A DNA stretch of 64,000 bases. Source: an uncultured delta proteobacterium (GTDB lineage: Bacteria > Myxococcota_A > Polyangia > Polyangiales > Polyangiaceae). The stretch lies in NCBI GenBank assembly GCA_963806225.1, contig CAWDXG010000001.1:1632001-1696000 (forward strand), in the 5' to 3' direction. This document shows positions 20,824 through 32,034 of the stretch, in pieces. The position numbers and the translations under genes were made by a program. The notes below the pieces were generated by a model that had not been told where the DNA came from, searched no databases, and worked only from the letters and a program-made list of their open reading frames with translations. Position 1 is the first letter of the stretch, and every line of letters begins with the position of its first letter.

Positions 20824-21890
20824 ATGGCGGCCGAAAAGCCCGGAAGGAACCGAAAGACCAGCCGACATCGAACCCAGCCCCCCTGGGCGGGGCTCGATGA
20901 CGAGCAGTTGCTCGAGCTGCGCTTCTGCGATCTGAAGCTCGAGATCAAGGGAACGCTGCTGGAGCGGCGGATCGAGAAGCTCTACGACGAGCTGGTCGAC
21001 CGTGGCATCGAGTTCCGTCCGCATTGTTGGCTGTCGACCGAGTGGTTCTCGCCGGACGGCGTGCCCGGCATTGCCATCCCGTTCTATCTTGCCCATCCGC
21101 GCCTGATGAAGCTTGAAGAGAGCCAGGTTCTGGAAGTGGAGGGGGGCACGCCCCGCTGGTGCATGCAGCTACTCCGGCACGAGTCGGCGCACGCGCTCGA
21201 TTCCGCTTTCCGGCTGCACTACAAGCGGACCTGGCGGGAGGTGTTCGGCCGCTACTCCGACCCGTATGCCAAGTTCTACACGCCCAAGCCCTACAGCAAG
21301 AGCTACGTCCTGCATCTCGACTACTGGTACGCGCAGAGCCACCCGGCGGAGGACTGGGCGGAGACGTTTGCGGTCTGGCTCGACCCGCACTCGCGCTGGA
21401 GGAAGCGCTATCGCGGCTGGAGCGCGCTCAAGAAGCTCCAGTACGTCGACCGTCTGATGCAGGACGTTGCGGGCCGGAAGCCCGTGGTCAGCGACGCGCG
21501 AGCGCGTCGAGTCGCTGCCGCGCCTGAAGACCACGCTGCGCGAGCACTATGCCCGCAAGAAGCAGCGCTACGGGCTCGACTATCCGAGCTTCTACGACCG
21601 CGATCTGAGGCGGCTGTTTCCGCTACTGCCCGAGGGGCAGAAGGGTCGTTCCGCGGCGGCCTACCTCAGGCGCGTGCGGCCCGAGATCCGACGCGCCGTA
21701 GCGCGCTGGACCGGCGAATACCAGTACACCATCGACCAGGTGCTCGCCGAGATGATCGAACGCTGCGAGAAACTCGATCTGAGGGTCGATCCGCGACGAA
21801 GCCGAGGTGAAGCAGGACGCCATGATGCTGCTCACCGTCCAGACCATGAACTACCTCCACGGCGGACATCATCGCCTGGTGAGGTCCTAG
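20824..21890 (+). CDS. Putative zinc-binding metallopeptidase; apparent frameshifts near 21495 and 21800
   Basis: LLRHESAHALD (HExxH) and QSHPAEDWAETF; coding-like continuation in two other frames to TAG at 21890. Confidence 0.75.
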
Positions 21891-21908
21891 CCGCGGGGCG
21901 CGGGGACG

Positions 21909-22936
21909 ATGAAGAAGCTGCGCGTCCTGGTCCTGATGCACGAGGATCTCGTGCCCCCCGTCAGTCTGGATGGGTACAGCGAGAAGGAAATCGCTGAATG
22001 GGCGACCGAGTACGACGTCGTGGCCGGCCTGCAGAGGCTCGGTCACGAAGTGTACATGCTGGGAGTCGGCTCCGATCTCGGGACGATCCGCAACGCCTTC
22101 GTCGAATCCAGGCCGCATATCGCGTTCAACCTGATGGTGCACTTCCACGGCGTCGCCGTGTACGACCAGCACGTCGTCAGCTACATCGAGCTGCTCAGGA
22201 AGCCGTACACCGGCTGCAACCCGCGCGGCATGATGCTGGCGCGCGACAAGGCCCTCTCCAAGGAGATCCTGAGCTACCACCGCATCCGGGTGCCGAAGTT
22301 CCACGTCTTTCCCGTCCGGCGCAAGGTGAAGCGGCCGCGCCGACTGGAGTTCCCGCTGGTCGTCAAGTCGATCAACGAGGAAGCCTCGCTCGGCATCTCG
22401 CAGGCGTCGGTAGTCACGAACGACGAGAAGCTCAAGGAACGGGTGGAGTTCATGCACGAGACGTTCGGCGTCAACGTCATCGTGGAGGAGTACATCGACG
22501 GCCGCGAGCTGTACGTCGGGGTGATCGGCAATCAGACGGCTGCAGACGTTTCCCGTCTGGGAGCTGCCGCTCACGCAGCTGCCGGAGCACGTACCGCGAA
22601 TCGCCACCGCCAAGGTCAAGTGGGATCTCGACTACCAGGAGAAGTACAAGATCAAGACGCGACACGCCGAGGGCCTCTCGCGCGGCCCAGGAGGCCCACA
22701 TGGCCCGCCTCTGCAAGCGCATCTACCGGGCGCTGAACCTCAGCGGCTACGCGCGCATGGACCTGAGGCTCTCGAACGACGGCCAGGTCTACGTGCTGGA
22801 GGCGAACCCGAACCCCGACCTGAAGTACGGCGAGGACTTCGCGGAGAGCGCGGAGAGCGCGGGCATCGGCTACTCGGCGTTGCTGCAGCGGATCCTCACG
22901 CTCGGGCTCAGCTACCAGGTCGAATGGAAGCGCTGA
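21909..22936 (+). CDS. ATP-grasp ligase of the D-Ala-D-Ala ligase family; frameshifts near 22540 and 22685
   Basis: PYTGC, DKALSK, FPLVVK, EEASLGI, EEYIDGRE, YARMDLR, VLEANPNP. Confidence 0.85.
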
Positions 22937-22979
22937 CGCGGGCCGTGCCAGGCTCCAGCGCGTGTGCCAGGTTTCGGCG

Positions 22980-24030
22980 GTGAAGACCGCGGAGCTCGAC
23001 TATCTGCTGCCCGGAGAGCTGATCGCGTCGCGGCCCGCGGCCGAGCGCGATGGTGGCCGCTTGCTCGTGCTGGCGCGGGAGCGGAACGAGCATCGCCGGA
23101 TCGTCGATCTTGCCGAGCTGGTGCCGGAACGCGCGCTGCTCGTGGTCAACGACACCCGGGTGTACCGGTCGAGGCTCCTGGGAGAGCGGCGTGGCACAGG
23201 CGGGAGGGTCGAGCTCCTGTTGCTCGCGAGGGAAGGCAGCGACGGCGGGGTCGAGCGCTGGAAGGCGCTCGGCCGGGCGAGCAAACCGCTCCGCCCGGGA
23301 ACGCGGATCGATATCGGGCCGATCGAGGTGGAAGTCGACAGTCGGGACGACGACGGCACGCTGCGCGTCGCCGTGCGCGCCGAGGGTGGCGTGGAGGCGG
23401 CGATGGAGCGCCACGGCCACGTGCCGATACCGCCGTATCTCCGCCGCGACGACGACGCCGACGATGTCGAGCGCTACCAGACGGTCTACGCACGGCACCC
23501 TGGCTCGGTGGCTGCGCCAACCGCGGGGCTGCACCTCTCGGCTCAGCTGCTGTCGCGGCTCGAGGCGCGCGGCATCGAGCTCGGGCGGCTGGTTCTACAT
23601 GTCGGTGTGGGCACGTTCCGGCCGGTGGCCGCGGACGACCTGGACCAGCACACGATGCACAGCGAGCACATCGAAGTGGATGAAGTCCTCGCCGGGAAAG
23701 TGACGGCGGCGCGTGCGCGCGGCGCCCCGGTCATCGCAGTCGGGACCACCGTCGTGCGCGCTCTCGAGAGCGCAGCCGATCCCGCGCGCCCCGGCCGGGT
23801 CCAGCCGATGTCGGGCGAGACGCGTCTGCTTGATCCAGCCGGGCTATCGCTTTTCCGTGGTCGACGGGCTGCTCACCAATTTCCACATGCCGAAGAGCAC
23901 GCTGCTGGCGTTGGTGATGGCGTTTGCAGGCAAGGAGCGCACGCTCGGTGCCTACGAGGAGGCGGTGCGCCGCTCCTACCGCTTCCTCTCCTACGGCGAT
24001 GCCATGTGGATTCCGGAGCGGCTCGCGTGA
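22980..24030 (+). CDS. queA: S-adenosylmethionine:tRNA ribosyltransferase-isomerase; frameshift near 23830
   Basis: DYx[63 protein letters not shown]. Confidence 0.95.
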
Positions 24031-25127
24031 GTTTTTTCAAGCTGGTCGCGACGTCCGGTGCTGCGCGCGCCGGTGTGCTTTCCACCCGCCACGGCGATAT
24101 CCCGACCCCCGCGTTCATGCCGGTCGGCACGCAGGCCACGGTGAAGGCTCTGACGCCGGAGGAGGTGGAAGGCACCGGCGCACGGCTCTTGATCATGAAC
24201 ACGTACCACCTGTGGCTGCGACCCGGCCCGGAGGTGGTTCGCGAGCACGGTGGCCTGCATGGGTTTTGCCGCTGGCCGCACGCGATCGCCACCGACTCTG
24301 GCGGATTCCAGGCGTTTTCGCTCGCCGAGCGGGTGAAGCTCGGCGACGACGGCTTCGAGTTCTCCTCGCACCTGGATGGCTCGCGGCACCTGCTGTCCCC
24401 CGAGGAGTCGATGCGCGTCCAGGGCCTGCTCGGTTCGGACATCGCGATGCAGCTCGACGTGTGCCCACCCGGTCGATCGCCGCGTCCCGAGCTCGCCCGG
24501 GCCGTGGAGCGCACTACGCGCTGGGCCGAACGCTGCCTGGCGGCGAGGAATGAAGGGCAGGCGCTGTTCGGCATCGTGCAGGGTGGAACCGACGTGGAGC
24601 TCAGGCTCCAACACGCCGAGGCGCTGTCCCGGCTCCCGCTCGACGGTCTGGCGCTGGGCGGCTTCAGCGTGGGCGAGCCCCCCGCGGACATGCACCGCAC
24701 GCTGTCGGTGATCGGGCCGCGACTGGATCCGGCGCGGCCCCACTATCTGATGGGCGTCGGCACTCCCGCCGATCTGGTCCGCGCGATCGGAGCCGGTGTC
24801 GACCTCTTCGATTGCGTGATGCCGACGCGCAATGCGCGCAACGGCCAGGCGTTCGTGGCGGGGGGCAAGCTGGTGATCAAGAACGCGCGCTACCGTCACG
24901 ACCTTTCGCCATTGGAGCCCGGCTGCCCGTGTCCGGTGTGCTGCGCGGGCTATACACGGTCCTATCTGAGGCACCTGTACATTGCCCGCGAGATCCTCGC
25001 CCATCGCCTCCTCACGCTCCACAACCTGCACTTCTACGAACGCCTGGTTTTCGAAGCGCGCGAGGCGATTCGCGAGCAACGCTACGAGCAGTTCGCCCAG
25101 GCCAGGTTGGCGGAGCTCGGCGCGTAG
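24027..25127 (+). CDS. tgt: tRNA-guanine(34) transglycosylase
   Basis: [57 protein letters not shown] overlap with the queA stop. Confidence 0.96.
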   Translation: MSFFKLVATSGAARAGVLSTRHGDIPTPAFMPVGTQATVKALTPEEVEGTGARLLIMNTYHLWLRPGPEVVREHGGLHGFCRWPHAIATDSGGFQAFSLAERVKLGDDGFEFSSHLDGSRHLLSPEESMRVQGLLGSDIAMQLDVCPPGRSPRPELARAVERTTRWAERCLAARNEGQALFGIVQGGTDVELRLQHAEALSRLPLDGLALGGFSVGEPPADMHRTLSVIGPRLDPARPHYLMGVGTPADLVRAIGAGVDLFDCVMPTRNARNGQAFVAGGKLVIKNARYRHDLSPLEPGCPCPVCCAGYTRSYLRHLYIAREILAHRLLTLHNLHFYERLVFEAREAIREQRYEQFAQARLAELGA

Positions 25128-25187
25128 CCAGAGGCGCCTCGCGCCGCCCGCTTGCCGCGCGGGCCGACCTTCGGCACCATGCAAGGC

Positions 25188-27170
25188 ATGAGGGTGCGTG
25201 CTGTCGGGCTGTGTGCCCTGCTACTCTTGTCGGCCGGTTGCGGCAGCTCGCCGGAGGCTCCGGAGAAGCTCCAGCTGCCGAAGGACGGCCTGCCGGCGAG
25301 TTGCAACCCGTTCCGCAGTGCGGGTGCCTGCGCGCTGCCCTTCCCATCGACTGCCTACGAGAAAGCCGACCCGACGACCGCGACGGGGTACCGGCTTGCG
25401 CTCGCTCCGGACGCGATGCCGGCTTCGGCGGCCGGTAGCGCGTTCGATCCCACGCGCTGGAACGAGCTCGACGGCTTCTCGCCCGCGACGCCCATCCTGG
25501 TCTACTTCGAAAAGCGCATCGACGCGTCGTCGCTTCCGCCGCGATCCGACTATACGAAGAGCCTCGACCCCTCCAGCGCGACGGTCCTGGTCGACATGGA
25601 AACCAACCAGCTCGTCCCACATTTCAGCGAGGTCGATCTGTCGTCGGACATCACGCCCGATGAGCGGCAGCCCATGATGATCCGCCCGGCGATGATCCTG
25701 AAGCCGGACCACCGCTACGCCGTAGGCATCACGCGCACGCTGAAGGCCGTCGACGGAACGACGCCCGCGATGCCGCCGGGCTTCAAGAGCGCGCTCGCCG
25801 GGGCGAAGAGCGACAATCCGGTTGCCAAGCGCATGATCGACGACCTGCCCGACGTGCTGTCGTCGATCGAAAAGGCCGGCGTCCGGAAGAAGGATCTGCT
25901 GCTCGCCTGGGATTTCCACACCGCCAGCCTCCAGCAGATGACGGGCAACGTGCTGTCCATGCGCGATCAGGCCCTGAAGAAGGTCGGCCCGACCGGCCTT
26001 GGCTACCACATCGACATGGTCGAACAGGACCCCCAGCCGGAGGTCTCGAAGCGCATCACGGGGACGTTCACCGTGCCGAGCTTCCTCACCGAAAACGATC
26101 GCTCAGTGGCCGACACGAAGCTCTCGACCGGAGCCGACGGCAAGCCGCAGATCGTCGAAAATGCGCAGTATCCGTTCGAGCTCGTGATTCCAAAGAGCGC
26201 CGAGACGAATGGACCGTATCCGCTCCTGGTCTACGGCCACGGGCTGCTCGGCGACATGAGCGAGGTCGACAGCGGACACACGCGCGGATTCGAGAACGAC
26301 AAGGGCTACGTGGGCATCGCGACCGACTGGATCGGCATGTCGTACACCGAGGCTGCGGGCGTGGGAGCCAACGCCGCCGCGCTCGAGGCGGTGAAGGACG
26401 TGAATCACTTCCCCTGGGTCGGCGATCGGCTGCAGCAGTCGATGATCAACTTCATGGTGCTCACACGCACCGCCAAGCAGATCGTCAAGGACCCGCAGGC
26501 TCTCGTGGGCGGCAAGAGCGCCGTCGTCGATCCGATGCAGGTGTACTACTACGGCATCTCGCAAGGCAGCATCCTGGGAGCGAGCCTGCTGGCGTACTCG
26601 CCGGACATCCAGCGCGGCGTGCTGCAGGTGGGGGGAACGGCGTACTCGCTCATGATCCAGCGCAGCGTCGATTGGACCGAGTTCTACCCGTCGCTGCGCA
26701 ATGGCTATCCCGATCGAGTGGATCAACAGCTCGTGATGGCGCTCTGGCAGTCGATGTTCGACATGTCGGAGGGCTCCGGGACCGCGTATGCGCAGGGCAA
26801 GCACGCGCCGCTTCCCGGCACGCAGAAGAAGCAGCTGCTCTTCCAGGCCGGGGTGGGGGATTGCCAGGTGTCGAATCTGGCGACGGAGATCCAGGCGCGC
26901 ACGCTGGGCACGCCGCTGCTCTCGCCTTCCGCGCTCGACGTGTGGGGTCTAGACACCACGCAGGGTGGCGGCGATCTAGCGCTGACGTTCTACGATTTGG
27001 GGCGGACTCCCCCACCCGACACGAACGCCACGCCGTATACCGACAATGATGTGCACGGCGACATCCGCAAGCTGCTGGCAAACCAGGAGCAGACCGACCA
27101 CTTTCTCAAGACGGGGACGGTCGAGAACAGCTGCGGCGGGCCGTGCTCCTTCCCCGGCTTCCAGCCTTGA
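25188..27170 (+). CDS. Lipoprotein, alpha/beta-hydrolase (lipase/esterase-like) with N-terminal Ig-like region
   Basis: Lipobox SAGC; LDGFS; VYGHGLLG; nucleophile elbow GISQG; candidate Asp (GDCQV) and His (DVHG). Confidence 0.75.
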   Translation: MRVRAVGLCALLLLSAGCGSSPEAPEKLQLPKDGLPASCNPFRSAGACALPFPSTAYEKADPTTATGYRLALAPDAMPASAAGSAFDPTRWNELDGFSPATPILVYFEKRIDASSLPPRSDYTKSLDPSSATVLVDMETNQLVPHFSEVDLSSDITPDERQPMMIRPAMILKPDHRYAVGITRTLKAVDGTTPAMPPGFKSALAGAKSDNPVAKRMIDDLPDVLSSIEKAGVRKKDLLLAWDFHTASLQQMTGNVLSMRDQALKKVGPTGLGYHIDMVEQDPQPEVSKRITGTFTVPSFLTENDRSVADTKLSTGADGKPQIVENAQYPFELVIPKSAETNGPYPLLVYGHGLLGDMSEVDSGHTRGFENDKGYVGIATDWIGMSYTEAAGVGANAAALEAVKDVNHFPWVGDRLQQSMINFMVLTRTAKQIVKDPQALVGGKSAVVDPMQVYYYGISQGSILGASLLAYSPDIQRGVLQVGGTAYSLMIQRSVDWTEFYPSLRNGYPDRVDQQLVMALWQSMFDMSEGSGTAYAQGKHAPLPGTQKKQLLFQAGVGDCQVSNLATEIQARTLGTPLLSPSALDVWGLDTTQGGGDLALTFYDLGRTPPPDTNATPYTDNDVHGDIRKLLANQEQTDHFLKTGTVENSCGGPCSFPGFQP

Positions 27171-27292
27171 GCCGGCCTCCCCCCCCCCGGGCTCGCGCCC
27201 GCGTTCCCGCAGCGATGCGGGCTCGACACGAGGATCCCGGTGAAATTCCCGGCGAATGTGCCGGCATCGTGGAATAATCACCCCGTTTGGAC

Positions 27293-28792
27293 ATGAGCTC
27301 CGGTCCCAAGAAACAGATCGGTCGCATCCTGCTTCAGCAGAAGGCGTTGAGCGCCGAGCAGCTGGAGCAGGCGCTTTCCGAGAAGCCGACCGGCCATCGA
27401 CTCGCATCGCGACTGATGGAGCAGGGGACGATCTCCGACGTTTCGGCGCTCAAGGCCTTGAGCGAACAGCACGGGATCCCGGGGATCGATCTGGGGCAGA
27501 TCTGCCTCAAGCTCGAGGATCTGGATCTGCTGCCGCGTGAGATCGCGGAAAAGCATCTGATCCTTCCAGTGCTGGTGCGCGACGATCGCCTGTTCATCGC
27601 GATGGCCAATCCGCGCGAGAAGAAGGTGATCGACGAGCTCGAGTTCGTGACGGGCAAGAAGGTCTATCCCTACGTCGCTCTCGAGACCGTGCTCGCGCAT
27701 GTCATCGAAGAGGCCTACTCGAAGAAGACGCGCGGGGAGGACTTCTATGTCGGACCCCGCTGTCCGCCCGAGGTCCTGGAGAAGGTGGGCCTGGGCCCCG
27801 ATGGCACGCCCATGGCCGAGCAGCAGCCTGAACTGCCTCCGGGTGGGATGCGACGCACCGAGTCCGGCGGTTTCGAGTCGCCGGGGGTCGTCGTCGACGA
27901 TGCGGTGGGAAGGGTGTCGCAGACCGACGAAATTTCCGACACGGACTTCGGCGACATGTCGCGGGAGCTCAGCGTCGTCACGGACCTGCCGGAGCACCTG
28001 CTGGAATCGCAGCCGCCGGCGGACGACGCGAGGCTGATCCTCGTCGTGGACGACGAAGCGGACATCCGCAAGATGCTCAAGCGCCTGCTGGGCACTCGCG
28101 GCTACCGCGTTCTCGAGGCGGACCGCGGTCTGCTCGCGCTCAAGATGGTCAAGGAGCACGCTCCCGACCTGATCGTGCTCGACGCGATGCTGCCCGAGGT
28201 GCACGGCTTCGACATTGCGCGCCGCATCAAGGGCAGCAAGCGCTACGGCCATATCCCGATCATCATGGTCAGCGCCGTGTACAGGGGCTGGCGCTATGCC
28301 GAGGATCTCAAGCAGAGTTGTGGCGTCGATCACTACATCGAGAAGCCGTTCAGGATCGCCGACGTGCTCCGGGCCGTCGAGGCATGCCTCGCAGAGGAGC
28401 AGCCGGGCGACAGCCAGCGGGCGCGGGAGATTTCCGCCGAGGCGGAGAAGGCCCTCACGGCCGGAGTGGCGGCCTACAAGGCCGGCCGGATCGACGAGGC
28501 GATCGAGTACCTCAAGCGAGGTATCGGAATCGACCCGCTAGCCTACCGGCTCCATTTCCACCTCGGACTCCTGTTCGGCAAAAAGGGTGAGGTCTACGAG
28601 GCCATCAGCGAGCTCGAGACCGCCGTGGAGATCAACTCCGGCCACTTTCCGGCCATCAAGAACCTGGCAATTCTGTACCAGAAGGCCGGGTTCAGGAACA
28701 AGGCCGCGGAGATGTGGGAGCGGGCGCTCGGCCTGGCGCCCGACGAGAGCACGCGCCAGTCGATCAAGCAGCACCTTCTGAGCCTCCTTTGA
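27293..28792 (+). CDS. Response regulator with N-terminal MshEN/T2SSE_N-like domain, REC and C-terminal TPRs
   Basis: QIGRILL...LEQAL and RLASRLMEQG...LKALSEQ; LPREIAEKHLILP, IAMANP; LVVDDE, LDAMLP, KPF; TPR helices. Confidence 0.85.
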   Translation: MSSGPKKQIGRILLQQKALSAEQLEQALSEKPTGHRLASRLMEQGTISDVSALKALSEQHGIPGIDLGQICLKLEDLDLLPREIAEKHLILPVLVRDDRLFIAMANPREKKVIDELEFVTGKKVYPYVALETVLAHVIEEAYSKKTRGEDFYVGPRCPPEVLEKVGLGPDGTPMAEQQPELPPGGMRRTESGGFESPGVVVDDAVGRVSQTDEISDTDFGDMSRELSVVTDLPEHLLESQPPADDARLILVVDDEADIRKMLKRLLGTRGYRVLEADRGLLALKMVKEHAPDLIVLDAMLPEVHGFDIARRIKGSKRYGHIPIIMVSAVYRGWRYAEDLKQSCGVDHYIEKPFRIADVLRAVEACLAEEQPGDSQRAREISAEAEKALTAGVAAYKAGRIDEAIEYLKRGIGIDPLAYRLHFHLGLLFGKKGEVYEAISELETAVEINSGHFPAIKNLAILYQKAGFRNKAAEMWERALGLAPDESTRQSIKQHLLSLL

Positions 28793-28941
28793 CCGTCGGG
28801 AGACCCGCTTTGGCGCCGTGGCAGCCCCGGGGAGGGCAGGAAAAGCCACCCGCACGGCACGAAAGAGCTTTCGCGCGGGGCGGGCCCTCGCGCTATCCTC
28901 TCCCCGTCCGAAACACCACCGAGGCCCGGGCCCCCAGCTGA

Positions 28942-30654
28942 ATGAAGTTCCTCTGTCCCAGCTGCAAGGCGAAGTACCAGATCGCCGACGAAAAGGTCGC
29001 GGGCCGCTCGGTGCGGATGAAGTGCCGCAAGTGCGGCTACATGATCCAGATTAGCAAGGCCGTGACCGACGGCTCGGTCGCGCGGAAGCTCCCCGCCGAT
29101 GACGCTCCGGCGACACCGGGGCCGCCCGGCGAGGTTGGCGGAACACCACGCCCGGCTCCGCCCGCTCCGTCGCCACCCGCGGCGCACTCGCCATCGCCCC
29201 CTCGCGCTGCGGCTCGACCGCCCCGCCCCGCGCGCGCATCGTCCCCGCAGGTGGCGCCGCCTCCGCCGCGTGCTGCGGGGCGCCCGCACGCGGCTCCTCT
29301 GGCAGCGCAGGCTAGAGCGCAGACATCGTCGCCCGAGCCGTCCCCGGTTGCCGCACCCGCGGCCGAACGGGACGTCCACGCACGTGGTGGAGCAGGCTCC
29401 AATGGCTCGGCCGCGGCGTTGGGCCTGGTCCGCTACGACGACGACGAAGAACGCACGATGATCGCCGGCGCGGGCGCGCTGGCCGGTGCGTTCGCACAGG
29501 CGGTCCACGCTCCCGAGTCGAGCGGTCTGCCGGATCTCGTTGGATCCGAGGAATGGTACGTCGGCATCAATGGTGTCCCGGTCGGTCCCATCCGCTTGAG
29601 CGAGCTCCGCTCCAAAGCCGCGTCCGGGGCGATCACCGAGGAGTCGCTCGTGTGGCGCGACGGCTTCGAAGCAGTGGATGCCGCTCAAGACGTTCCCGGA
29701 GCTCGTGGCGATCGTCGACGAGGGCGTGTCGAGCGCGCGCGCTTCGCTGACGCCGCTCAGCCCGGACGTTGGAGCAGAGCCGTCTGCCCAGTTGACGCCC
29801 ATGCAGGACCCGTTCGCCGCGCCGGTAGGGTCGCCCGGCGTCGGCGCGATCGGCGATCCTTTCGCGGAAGCCGGAGCGCCCGCCGCCAGCGCTGCCACGG
29901 GACCCGCCGTGGTTACCGAGAAGGACGGACTCGGCGACGTCGATCTCGATGCGTTGGTTCCCCGGCGGCGCGGCATGTCCCTTGCTCCATGGATTGCGGT
30001 CGTCGTGGCGCTGATGTTCGGCCTCACGATCGGCTTCGTGGTGTTCAGCAGGCAGAAGCCCGCGCAGCCGATCATCAAGTACGTGCAAGTGCCCGCCAAG
30101 GGCTCGGAGAAGTCCTCCGACAACAAGCAGTCCGAATCAAAAGGCCGACGACGGCCACCAGGGGGACCAGAAGGAACCCACGTCGAACGGCAAGACCAAC
30201 AAGGGTGGCGCGCGCGGCGGTGGGCACGCGACCGGTTCCACCGACAAGCCCAAGGAGAAGGGCGGGGGACTCAGCGGGCTCAGCGGGCTCTCGGGCCTGA
30301 AAGGAGGCCCGAAGGTCGGCCCCTCCGGCGGCTCGAACAACGCCGCCGCCGGACAGCCGCTGGATTCATCGGCGGTGCAGCGCACTGTCAGCCGCTACAC
30401 CGGCAGCGTGAAGCGCAGTTGCTGGCAGCCCGCGCTCGACACGCGCGAAAAGAACGCGCCGTCCTCGGCGCGCGTGTCGGTGACGATCAAGGTCTCGTCT
30501 TCGGGCAGCGTGCAAGGCGTCGAGCACCAGCGGCGATCCGCATGGCTATCACGGCCTGGCCGGCTGCATCGCGAGCCGGGTGCGGGGCTGGCAGTTCCCG
30601 CGCTCGAGCGGCACCACGACGGTCAACGTTCCGTTCGTGTTCGCTGCGCAGTAG
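28942..30654 (+). CDS. GltJ/AgmX-like protein (zinc ribbon, Pro-rich linker, GYF_2, TM, TonB_C-like); about 3 apparent frameshifts (~29670, ~30140, ~30525)
   Basis: MKFLCPSCKAKY...KCRKCG; WYVGINGVPVGP...SLVWRDGF; TM helix; C-terminal VKRSCW...VSVTIKVSSSGSV...GCIASRVRGWQFP...VNVPFVF, TAG at 30652. Confidence 0.75.
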
Positions 30655-30673
30655 CCCGTCGCACAAAGTCGCG

Positions 30674-30701
30674 CGCCGGCGGAGCCGTAGCCCCGCCGGC
30701 G
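30674..30701 (-). terminator. Hairpin with cUACGg tetraloop directly downstream of rnpB, between convergent genes
   Basis: Minus strand CGCCGGCGGGGC-TACG-GCTCCGCCGGCG. Confidence 0.6.
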
Positions 30702-30703
30702 TG

Positions 30704-31084
30704 GTCGCAGCCTTCCATAAGCCGGGTTCTGTCGCTCCGCCTGGTCTCCCTTGCGGAGCTGGCGATCATTCATCTGGGACGCCCGTCGCCGGACGCCTCG
30801 TGCGGCCTACCCTGGGGCTCGGGCGGGCAGCCCTCGAACGCCCCTATACGTGGCCTTGCTCCGGGTGGGGTTTGCCGTGCCGCAGCCGTTGCCGGCTGCG
30901 CGGTGGGCTCTTACCCCACCGTTTCACCCTTGCCCGGAGCGGCGAAGCCGGTCCGGGCGGTCTGTTTTCTGTGGCACTTTCCTCGAGGTCACCCTCACCG
31001 GGCGTTACCCGGCACCCTGCCCTGCGGAGCCCGGACTTTCCTCCCGCGCGTGTTGCTGCGAGCGATCACCTGGACTGCTGCGGC
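30704..31084 (-). ncRNA. rnpB: RNase P RNA (bacterial type A)
   Basis: Minus strand carries GAGGAAAGTCCGGGCTCC, GAAAGTGCCACAGAAAA, GGGTGAAACGGTGGGGTAAGAGCCCACC, GGCAAACCCCACCCGGAGCAAG and ACAGAACCCGGCTTAT; the ends can pair as P1. Confidence 0.97.
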
Positions 31085-31145
31085 AGCGGGGAGCCTAGCA
31101 TGCTCCCCTGGCTCCGCGACCGGGCACGTCGCACGGCCCGGCGGC

Positions 31146-32034
31146 TCAGGCCGCGGCGCCGGCCATTTCGAGGAAGGCGCCGCTGTCGGGACCGGTGATG
31201 ATCGCTGATACGGGTGCGCAGCTTCCGCTTGGCGCGCGCCTCGAGCTGCCGGGCCCGCTCGCGCGACACGCCGAGCCGGCGTCCGATCTCGGCCAGCGAC
31301 AGCGCGTCGTCCGAATCCGCCATCAGGCGGTTCTCCACGATGTAGCGCTCGCGGTTGTCCAGTATCTCGACTGCCTCGCGAACCGTGTCGCGCAACTGAT
31401 CCTGCACCTCGGTCCCCGCGAACGACTGCTCCTGGTCGATGCCCGGTGAGACCAGCGTATCGACCAGGCTCGTGACCGAGTCGTCGAACACCTTGCTGTC
31501 CAGCGATACGTCGCGCGCTTCGAGGCGCCGCATCATCGAGACGATCTGGGTGCGCGAGACGCCGAACTTCTCCGCCAGAAGCTCGTCGGCGTGTTCGCCC
31601 TCGCCTACCAGGTTCGTGATGCGCACGCGCTCGCGGCGCAGCTTGAAGAACATCTTCGAGCGCAGCGCGCCCGAACCGACGCCCACCAGGCTCCACGAGC
31701 GGATGATGTAGTTGAGGATGTAGGCGCGGATCCAGTACGCGGCGTAGGTGACGAAGCGGTTGCCGCGCTCCGGCTCGAACTTCCTGAGCGCATGCACGAC
31801 GCCGAAGTTGCCTTCGGCAATCAGCTCCGCCATGGGCAGGCCGTAGCGCCGGTACTTCAACGCGATGGCAACGACGTAGCGCAGATGCGCCCGCACGAGT
31901 GCGTCGGCGGCCGCCTCGTCGGCGTCGTTCTTCCACCGCAGCGCGAGCTCCAGCTCTTCCTCGCGCGACAACTTCGGGTAGTGCTGCGCTGTCGACATGT
32001 AGCGGGACACAGAGGAATCGATTTCGCGTGCCAT
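31146..32034 (-). CDS. RNA polymerase sigma factor, RpoH/sigma-32 family; probable indel near 31200 (ORF as assembled runs to 31066)
   Basis: LSREEE, HLRYVV, ELIAEGNFG, KFEPERGNRFVTYAAYWIRA, RpoH-box-like RSKMFFKLRR, LGVSRERARQLE; alternative frame gives ITGPDSGAFLEMAGAAA-stop at 31146, avoiding overlap with rnpB. Confidence 0.88.

Noticed and set aside
22962..25127. 721-aa ORF suggesting a QueA-Tgt fusion
   Set aside because: The QueA C-terminus (TNFH...YGDAM) lies in another frame ending at 24030, and tgt starts at a GTGA overlap. The fusion is produced by one indel near 23830.
31066..31145. Sigma factor C-terminus overlapping the RNase P RNA 5' end
   Set aside because: The Arg-rich tail looks off-frame, and an alternative frame with typical codons stops at 31146.
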